DNA of 33,896 bases, taken from positions 1 to 33,896 of IMG/VR virus record IMGVR_UViG_3300042519_000236; one strand, written 5' to 3'. The notes beneath the pieces are model-generated. The model did no database searches. It worked only from the letters and a program-made list of their open reading frames with translations, and was not told where the DNA came from. Shown piece after piece: positions 29,030 to 33,896 of this stretch (position 1 is the first letter of the stretch; the number at the start of each line of letters is the position of its first letter). Made by a program: the position numbers and the translations under genes. Source of the DNA: a virus. Its lineage: Duplodnaviria; Caudoviricetes.

Positions 29030-29773
29030 ATGAAAAGAACTATAGGTATTATACAGTCGCGTGGATTGGGTGACTTGTTTATTGCATTGCCCATTGCACT
29101 GCACTATAAAGAATCCGGATATGATGAGGTACTGTGGCCCATCTGTGAAGAGTTTATGAGCACGATGACTCAGTGTGCTCCTTGGGTTACTTGGATCCCG
29201 TTGAAGACTACTCGTGATGGTAGCTTCTTTTACCATCATGCAGAGAAGAATTTGAAGTACCGAGGCTGCGAGGACATCATATGCCTGTATCAGTTCTTGA
29301 GTAACATGCCCGAACTGACTGATCCGGATCTGTTTCCCATACTCAAGTTCGATCAGACCAAGTATGCCAAGGCGGGAGTGCCATTCAAGCATAAGCAGCG
29401 ACTCCCAGAGTGTATAACCAGAGACCCCGTTGCAGAGAGTGCTGTATACAGTAAGGTAGTAACTCAGGATCATTATATAGTAGTGCATCTAGAAGGATCA
29501 GATACTCGATTGAATCTAGACTTTTCAGAAGCTGAAGATGCGGGTTATCAGGTAGTGTATATACGGGAAGGTGTCACGGACAACGTGGTCAACTGGCTGT
29601 CAGTAATAGAAGGGGCAGAAGAGCTGTATCTAATTGATAGCTGTGTGAGTAACCTAGTAGACGGCTTGGATATGCATCGTAATAAATGGTTCATCCGCAG
29701 ATCAAAGATGGATCTAACGCCTGTGCTGTTATCAGACTGGCAATATTTTCCGCTTGCAAGCATGGGCAAGTGA
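29030..29773 (+). CDS. GT9 (heptosyltransferase)-like glycosyltransferase
   Basis: IQSRGLGDLFIALP N-terminal motif; YIVVH; IDSCVSNL. Confidence 0.72.
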   Translation: MKRTIGIIQSRGLGDLFIALPIALHYKESGYDEVLWPICEEFMSTMTQCAPWVTWIPLKTTRDGSFFYHHAEKNLKYRGCEDIICLYQFLSNMPELTDPDLFPILKFDQTKYAKAGVPFKHKQRLPECITRDPVAESAVYSKVVTQDHYIVVHLEGSDTRLNLDFSEAEDAGYQVVYIREGVTDNVVNWLSVIEGAEELYLIDSCVSNLVDGLDMHRNKWFIRRSKMDLTPVLLSDWQYFPLASMGK

Positions 29774-29782
29774 TGTTATACT
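29754..29782 (+). promoter_or_regulatory. sigma70-type promoter for the tRNA
   Basis: TTGCAA-17 nt-TATACT with extended -10 TG. Confidence 0.7.
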
Positions 29783-29794
29783 AGTGTTAGAGCT

Positions 29795-29869
29795 GCACCA
29801 ATAGCTTAATGGTAAAGCGTTCGACTCATAATCGATTGAGTCTTGGTTCAATTCCAAGTTGGTGCACCA
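29795..29869 (+). tRNA. tRNA with CAT anticodon, probably tRNA-Ile2 (lysidine)
   Basis: Acceptor GCACCAA/TTGGTGC, D arm GCTT/AAGC, anticodon arm TCGA-CTCATAA-TCGA, T arm CTTGG-TTCAATT-CCAAG, encoded CCA. C4/C5 and C29-G41 match Ile2; paired 1-72 and no GGG/CCC run exclude fMet. Confidence 0.92.
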
Positions 29870-29870
29870 T

Positions 29871-30124
29871 AGAGATAAACCCTAGAACAGCAGGTAAATC
29901 CGAATCAACTGGTGCAGGCTCTTACTGGCTGGGAGCACCGTGCAGATCTGGTGAGGTAGTTGTCATAGATCGCCGTAACTGTTGAGAATCCAGGACCGTT
30001 TCAGTAAGCGTGTTAGGGCTCGCGATCGAGAGATTGCAGGGACAACTGGAGGGGGCGTTAGTGGGAGACCTGCCCAGCTGACGACTGAGAAACCCTAAGA
30101 CCCTTGTGGCTTTAGGGTTTTCTC
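29871..30124 (+). ncRNA. Putative structured ncRNA downstream of tRNA
   Basis: No ORF; several hairpins plus long-range complementarities (see findings). Confidence 0.55.
30087..30124 (+). terminator. Hairpin, probable terminator of the tRNA transcript
   Basis: GAGAAACCCTAAG...TTTAGGGTTTTCTC inverted repeat. Confidence 0.6.
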
Positions 30125-30130
30125 TTGGAC

Positions 30131-30197
30131 CAAAGACCCTATAACACTACGGGACTCTGGGTCTTTGGTTGACGGTTGGCAGTAAAGACGCTATAAT
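30131..30197 (+). promoter_or_regulatory. Stem-loop + sigma70 promoter cassette 1
   Basis: CAAAGACCC...GGGTCTTTGG-TTGACG-17-TATAAT. Confidence 0.88.
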
Positions 30198-30224
30198 ACA
30201 TTTTTAAACGCAAAAGGAAACACA

Positions 30225-30488
30225 ATGTCTAAAGCTGTTTATACTGCAAACACTGCCAAAGCTAAAATTATCTATTATAAAGATAAAGAAACTTATAAGA
30301 TTATCTTTGCATTTAATGTGCATAAAAAAGAAAAAGATAATGGAGATATTGTATATATGTTCCCTGTACAAAGTAAATGTGCTTATGTTAGCGGAGATAT
30401 TAGTTACGAGACATTACAAGCAGATAAAGAACGCATTATAGCACAAGCTAAAAAAACAATGCGTACCGATTATGTAGAATTTGTTTAA
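30225..30488 (+). CDS. Hypothetical early protein
   Basis: AAGGA RBS behind promoter. Confidence 0.8.
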   Translation: MSKAVYTANTAKAKIIYYKDKETYKIIFAFNVHKKEKDNGDIVYMFPVQSKCAYVSGDISYETLQADKERIIAQAKKTMRTDYVEFV

Positions 30489-30498
30489 TATTAATACA

Positions 30499-30557
30499 CA
30501 AAGGCCCTGCACTGTGTAGGGTCTTTGGTTGACAGTGTTGCAAAGTTTTGCTATAAT
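30499..30557 (+). promoter_or_regulatory. Stem-loop + sigma70 promoter cassette 2
   Basis: CAAAGGCCCTGCA...TGTAGGGTCTTTGG-TTGACA-17-TATAAT. Confidence 0.88.
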
Positions 30558-30583
30558 ACACACATACACTAAAAAGGAGCTAT

Positions 30584-30730
30584 ATGACAAGCACACAAGC
30601 TAAAAAGCAAATCGACAGTCTCATGCTACAGTTGCAAGACATGCTAGAGATCGTAGGTCTCGACGAACACGAACGCATACAAAATGCTTTTAATGCACTT
30701 GCAATGGAACTAGACGACGCAGTGTTTTAA
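30584..30730 (+). CDS. Small acidic helical protein (48 aa; not in ORF track)
   Basis: MTSTQAKKQIDSLMLQLQDMLEIVGLDEHERIQNAFNALAMELDDAVF; AAGGAG RBS. Confidence 0.8.
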   Translation: MTSTQAKKQIDSLMLQLQDMLEIVGLDEHERIQNAFNALAMELDDAVF

Positions 30731-30733
30731 CTG

Positions 30734-30792
30734 CAAAGACCCTTCGGGGTCTAGGGTCTTTGGTTGACACTGTGGTAAAACCATGCTATAAT
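30734..30792 (+). promoter_or_regulatory. Stem-loop + sigma70 promoter cassette 3
   Basis: CAAAGACCCT...AGGGTCTTTGG-TTGACA-17-TATAAT. Confidence 0.88.
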
Positions 30793-30798
30793 ACACAC

Positions 30799-31137
30799 AT
30801 GACACAGACACTTACACACCGCAAGAAGAGAGTAGATCGCAATCACGTGATCTATGAGCTCAACGTTATGGGACTCACATACGTGGGAGTCACTGCAAAG
30901 ACAGAGAGCACTGCATTGAAGTCGGCACGTACCAGAGCGGCCAAGCACTTCTATCGTGCCAAGACTGAGAATAAGGACTGGCTCTTGTGCGAAGCATTGC
31001 GTGAACTCAACGACAAGGGCGAGATCGTTGTGACAGTGTTGGCAGTGGTTCGAGGCAAGGCCCCTGCACATAAAGAAGAAGTTCGTATCCGACGCGAACT
31101 GCAACCCGCATTGAACAGCGATATCCGGGGTGATTGA
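30799..31137 (+). CDS. GIY-YIG-like nuclease-fold protein (start revised to ATG 30799)
   Basis: VIYEL...TYVGVT...R...H...E.......PALN pattern of GIY-YIG motifs. Confidence 0.65.
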   Translation: MTQTLTHRKKRVDRNHVIYELNVMGLTYVGVTAKTESTALKSARTRAAKHFYRAKTENKDWLLCEALRELNDKGEIVVTVLAVVRGKAPAHKEEVRIRRELQPALNSDIRGD

Positions 31138-31162
31138 CAGGTTATTCGTTTGGTGTTATAAT
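31134..31162 (+). promoter_or_regulatory. sigma70 promoter
   Basis: TTGACA-17-TATAAT. Confidence 0.88.
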
Positions 31163-31188
31163 ACATACATCGCAACAAGGAGCAGGAT

Positions 31189-31470
31189 ATGAAACAAGAT
31201 TACACACTGTATATCTACAAAGCAGATCGTCGTCGCAAGACTGGTGAGCGTCTGTTCAGTACCACTGTTTGGACCAGCACTGACGACAACGGCATGCGTC
31301 GAACTGTGGCGGACATGTTTGACCTGTACAAGCCTGAAGACGGCTTCCGCTTTGAATGGTTCCCTGCAATGAAGACTGTACGCAACTTGATGTCGGGCAA
31401 AGAGATCCAGATCCCAACGGACACTCCCCGCTCATGCGATCCTTCAAGCGAACTCTACTGGAGCATGTGA
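31189..31470 (+). CDS. Hypothetical early protein
   Basis: AAGGAG RBS behind promoter. Confidence 0.8.
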   Translation: MKQDYTLYIYKADRRRKTGERLFSTTVWTSTDDNGMRRTVADMFDLYKPEDGFRFEWFPAMKTVRNLMSGKEIQIPTDTPRSCDPSSELYWSM

Positions 31471-31631
31471 TGAAGAACGAAATTGAACGCTTGAACTTCG
31501 TGATCTGGGCACGGGATCGCTTCCCGGGCTTTACTACAGATCCTAAGCAATACGCCAAGGCCAATCGGGCATGGCGGGCTGTGGCTCGCAATAACCCGAT
31601 GGTTGACAAGGTTATTGGTTTTACCGTATAA
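31470..31631 (+). CDS. Hypothetical protein (53 aa; start revised to MKNEIE)
   Basis: TGATG coupling and GGAG RBS. Confidence 0.65.
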   Translation: MKNEIERLNFVIWARDRFPGFTTDPKQYAKANRAWRAVARNNPMVDKVIGFTV

Positions 31632-31632
31632 T
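31603..31632 (+). promoter_or_regulatory. sigma70 promoter
   Basis: TTGACA-18-TATAAT. Confidence 0.8.
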
Positions 31633-31659
31633 ATACACTTACACACTAAGGAGCATTGA

Positions 31660-31932
31660 ATGTCTATTCAAACAGTTAACGCAGAGATCCTCGCAGGCAA
31701 CTTCACTAACGAGCAACTGTCCAGCGTCATTGATGCTGTGAAGTTTGCCCGGGCACGCCTTACTGAACAGAACAAGCGGAGCCTACGCTTAGGCGGTGTT
31801 GTGAAGTTTACCAGCACTAAGTCGGGCATGACCTTGCAGGGCACTGTGGACAAGATCGCTATCAAGTTCGTCACAGTGCGTACTCCGCAGGGCTTGTGGA
31901 AAGTGCCTGCTAACATGCTAGAAACGGCTTAA
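31660..31932 (+). CDS. Hypothetical early protein (possible SH3-like C-terminus)
   Basis: TAAGGAG RBS; GTVDKIAIKFVTV...WKVPANML beta-barrel-like pattern. Confidence 0.8.
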   Translation: MSIQTVNAEILAGNFTNEQLSSVIDAVKFARARLTEQNKRSLRLGGVVKFTSTKSGMTLQGTVDKIAIKFVTVRTPQGLWKVPANMLETA

Positions 31933-31985
31933 CCCTAGACCCGAAAGGGTCTTTGGTTGACTGAATGGTAAAACCGTGTTATAAT
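31932..31985 (+). promoter_or_regulatory. Stem-loop + sigma70 promoter cassette 4
   Basis: AGACCC-GAAA-GGGTCTTTGG-TTGACT-17-TATAAT. Confidence 0.88.
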
Positions 31986-32010
31986 ACATACTTGTTCAAC
32001 AGGAGATGAT

Positions 32011-32232
32011 ATGCGTGAATACACTTCGAAGCTGATTGCTATGATGGATGAGGGCTTGATCTCTGCGGAAGCTGTGGCAGAGATGGCCTTGGCCTACATG
32101 AGCGAAGATGACGTCAAAGACATGTGTCTTGCTAACGATCTTTTGATCGGCGAAGACTACGATGAAGACGAAGAAGATGACGGCCAGCCCGACGAAGCCC
32201 AAGAGTGGGCAGACTTCGACGCAGATTGCTGA
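32011..32232 (+). CDS. Small, highly acidic early protein
   Basis: AGGAG RBS; EDYDEDEEDDGQPDEAQEWADFDADC tail. Confidence 0.82.
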   Translation: MREYTSKLIAMMDEGLISAEAVAEMALAYMSEDDVKDMCLANDLLIGEDYDEDEEDDGQPDEAQEWADFDADC

Positions 32233-32250
32233 AGTGCCAGCCCCTGCCAC

Positions 32251-32314
32251 TAGACCCTGCAACACGCCTGGGTACTTCGCAGGGGTTGACACTGAGGCTG
32301 TTCAGTGTTATAAT
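32251..32314 (+). promoter_or_regulatory. Stem-loop + sigma70 promoter cassette 5 (diverged)
   Basis: AGACCCTGC...GCAGGGG-TTGACA-17-TATAAT. Confidence 0.82.
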
Positions 32315-32338
32315 ACACTTACACAACAAGGAGCAGAG

Positions 32339-32485
32339 ATGAAAGCATGGGATGTTATACGCAACGGCAAGGTCATTGACACTGTATTCTACGACAGCAA
32401 TTGTGATCTTTGGTATGTACGCAACGGCCTGATCAATCACGACGGCTACCCTTGCGACATCATTGTTAAACCCGCAACACGATAA
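32339..32485 (+). CDS. Hypothetical protein (48 aa; start revised to MKAWDV)
   Basis: AAGGAG RBS behind promoter. Confidence 0.78.
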   Translation: MKAWDVIRNGKVIDTVFYDSNCDLWYVRNGLINHDGYPCDIIVKPATR

Positions 32486-32494
32486 GGACTGAAC

Positions 32495-32893
32495 ATGCGA
32501 TACTACGACGAACTGGCAACTTACGAGCGTGATGGCTTTACTGTGATCGTGGACAAGAGCTACGAAGACCTGAGCCTGGACCAATGTTTTGATGACAGCT
32601 TGGACGAGAACGGTGTTCCCCTCTTTGACCTTAAAGAGATGGCCCGGGACATTGACAGCGGCAACTTGGATTGGTTCATGCTGCGTGTACGTGTAATGGT
32701 TGACAGCCTTGAGATGGGCTCGCACTACCTGGGAGGGTGCCTGTACAAAGACGCTCGCGAAGTATTGACAGACGGTACTGCGGAAGACTGCATCGGCGAA
32801 GCATTGGCAGAAGCCAAACGTGAAGTCTACAAGTACAAGCAGAAGTTCGCTGAGTTGAGTGATATGGTTGATCGGGAAGGTATTGATGCGTAA
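32495..32893 (+). CDS. Acidic hypothetical protein
   Basis: TAAGGA RBS; 132 aa. Confidence 0.8.
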   Translation: MRYYDELATYERDGFTVIVDKSYEDLSLDQCFDDSLDENGVPLFDLKEMARDIDSGNLDWFMLRVRVMVDSLEMGSHYLGGCLYKDAREVLTDGTAEDCIGEALAEAKREVYKYKQKFAELSDMVDREGIDA

Positions 32894-33116
32894 TATTAAT
32901 GAAGTACTACAGTGGGCAGGGACTGCCTGCTTCATGGTCATGTACACGACTATGAGCTTCTTCAAAGAACTGCATACCCTGCAATTAATTGCCGGATGCA
33001 TGGGAGGAGCATTGTTCTTAGTGTGGTCGTTGCGTGTGGCAAATCGACAACAGACCATTGTTAACGTTACAGGAGTAACCATAACGCTTATAGGGTTATA
33101 CAAAGCACTTGGTTGA
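32886..33116 (+). CDS. Small membrane protein (about 3 TM segments)
   Basis: MRNINEVLQWAGTACFMV...; hydrophobic segments; GGAAGG RBS. Confidence 0.75.
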   Translation: MRNINEVLQWAGTACFMVMYTTMSFFKELHTLQLIAGCMGGALFLVWSLRVANRQQTIVNVTGVTITLIGLYKALG

Positions 33117-33141
33117 CAAGAGTGGTAAAACCTATTATAAT
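33113..33141 (+). promoter_or_regulatory. sigma70 promoter driving a non-coding transcript
   Basis: TTGACA-17-TATAAT; no RBS or ORF downstream until the next promoter. Confidence 0.88.
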
Positions 33142-33147
33142 AGATAC

Positions 33148-33355
33148 ATAGCAAGAAATAAACAGGGTTACCTAGTCCGTTAGGGCCCACAGCAAGCGAA
33201 AGGTTCCGACGGGGACAGGTTGCTGTGGGGCATGAAGGCAGTTGTAAACGAAAGTTTACACGAGTTGCTGACGGGGAACTAGGGCGTAATGTTTGGCACA
33301 CCGAACGCTAGAGACGGACTAGCGGGTAGTTGACAATCCCCTGTTTTCTTGCTAT
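33148..33355 (+). ncRNA. Putative 208-nt structured ncRNA
   Basis: Own promoter; 5' end pairs with 3' end; nested 9-10-bp helices and a GAAA tetraloop hairpin. Confidence 0.72.
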
Positions 33356-33358
33356 AAT
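33330..33358 (+). promoter_or_regulatory. sigma70 promoter
   Basis: TTGACA-17-TATAAT followed by ACACACTTACACACTAAGGAG leader. Confidence 0.88.
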
Positions 33359-33384
33359 ACACACTTACACACTAAGGAGCAAAG

Positions 33385-33654
33385 ATGAAAGCACTACAGA
33401 AGTTCATTGAGCAGAAGAACCACTGGAACAGTTTCTTCAAAGGCGAGCAATACGAGATCCAGAGTGCCAAGGGTCGTCAGCGTGTCGCAGACATGATTGA
33501 CTCAGCTCTTAGCCCAGAGAACCTTACCTGCGATGGCGAACTGCCCCGTGCAGAAGTCAATCGTCGCTACAAGGAGTTGGTCACAGCGGCCAAGCAGTTG
33601 AAGCAACTTGACCCTGCTGTTTCTTTTTACGAGTGGGAAGAGGAGATCATCTAA
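33385..33654 (+). CDS. Hypothetical early protein
   Basis: TAAGGAG RBS; contains LSPENLTCDGE. Confidence 0.82.
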   Translation: MKALQKFIEQKNHWNSFFKGEQYEIQSAKGRQRVADMIDSALSPENLTCDGELPRAEVNRRYKELVTAAKQLKQLDPAVSFYEWEEEII

Positions 33655-33866
33655 TGAAAGCAGAAGTAACAACCATCCTACGACAGACTATCGAAGTGCC
33701 GGAAGGCACCGATCGTGAGAGTGTGCTAGGGTTCCTAGCAGAGAATCAAAGTTTCACTGATGCGTTCCTAGGTGTTAGCGATATGACACAACGGTTCCGC
33801 ATTGTTGATATCAGTGTGGTGGAAGAAGAGATTACTGAACTTGGTGAGGAGAGCTACGATGCCTAA
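33654..33866 (+). CDS. Acidic hypothetical protein (start revised to MKAEVT)
   Basis: TAATG coupling; AGGAG RBS. Confidence 0.75.
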   Translation: MKAEVTTILRQTIEVPEGTDRESVLGFLAENQSFTDAFLGVSDMTQRFRIVDISVVEEEITELGEESYDA

Positions 33867-33896
33867 TTGGTGCAACAACTCGGTAGAGATCTACCA
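33859..33896 (+). CDS. Partial CDS, probable DUF1281/YubB-like protein
   Basis: Starts MPNWCNNSVEIY, and MPNWC.N is the family's typical N-terminus; GAGGAG RBS; only 12 codons visible. Confidence 0.55.
   Translation, partial: MPNWCNNSVEIY

Larger units (their letters stand above)
28469..29432 (+). repeat. Dispersed repeat AGACCCCGTTG (4 copies)
   Basis: Copies at 28480, 28811, 29003 and 29422; two are preceded by ATATATACAC. Confidence 0.8.

Noticed and set aside
28337-29488. Overlapping track ORFs (28337+, 28571+, 28670-, 28743-, 28891-, 28916-)
   Set aside because: No RBS or motifs; they conflict with the promoter, the 41-aa gene and the GT9 gene
29871-30124. tmRNA, RNase P RNA, group I intron or theta (HDV-like) ribozyme after the tRNA
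   Set aside because: No tRNA-like ends, no GAGGAAAGTCC P4 motif, an R-like ACGACTGA without an S element, and no G-initiated HDV P1 at the tRNA 3' end
30131-32314. Palindromic repeats as a CRISPR array or integron attC sites
   Set aside because: Spacing is irregular (hundreds of nt), each repeat is fused to a promoter, no cas or integrase gene is present, and there are no RYYYAAC/GTTRRRY ends
33186-33229. SRP RNA domain IV resemblance
   Set aside because: Lacks the GGAA tetraloop and the CAGG/AGCAG symmetric loop
32132-33301. 389-aa minus-strand ORF
   Set aside because: Antisense to four plus-strand genes with promoters and RBSs and to the ncRNA candidate; no motifs
1-33896. Stop-codon reassignment as seen in some large phages
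   Set aside because: Known families are full length and tightly packed under the standard code

Overview
A 33.9-kb segment of a large lytic tailed phage, probably a myovirus-like 'huge' phage. It carries T4-style TAAATA late promoters and host sigma70 early promoters, and a Bug/TctC gene hints at a betaproteobacterial host. From left to right: (1) an unannotated collagen-like (Gly-X-Thr) tail-fibre gene running off the left edge; (2) HNH nuclease, infA, ATP-dependent DNA ligase, a SWIM protein, a Bug protein, a PP-loop protein, IscA, acyl carrier protein and a SleB-like hydrolase; (3) a ~18-kb minus-strand cluster of modification enzymes (two Asp/Asn beta-hydroxylase-like oxygenases, a methyltransferase, two twitch radical SAMs, a B12-type radical SAM, five glycosyltransferase-like genes, a PMM-like HAD) interleaved with virion-like genes; (4) a repeat-rich non-coding strand-switch region; (5) a GT9-like gene and tRNA-Ile2(CAT) followed by a ~255-nt structured RNA candidate; (6) an early region of small genes, most behind their own sigma70 promoter and five of these fused to a conserved stem-loop. 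One of those promoters drives a second, 208-nt structured RNA candidate. All calls come from reading motifs by eye; no database searches were run.
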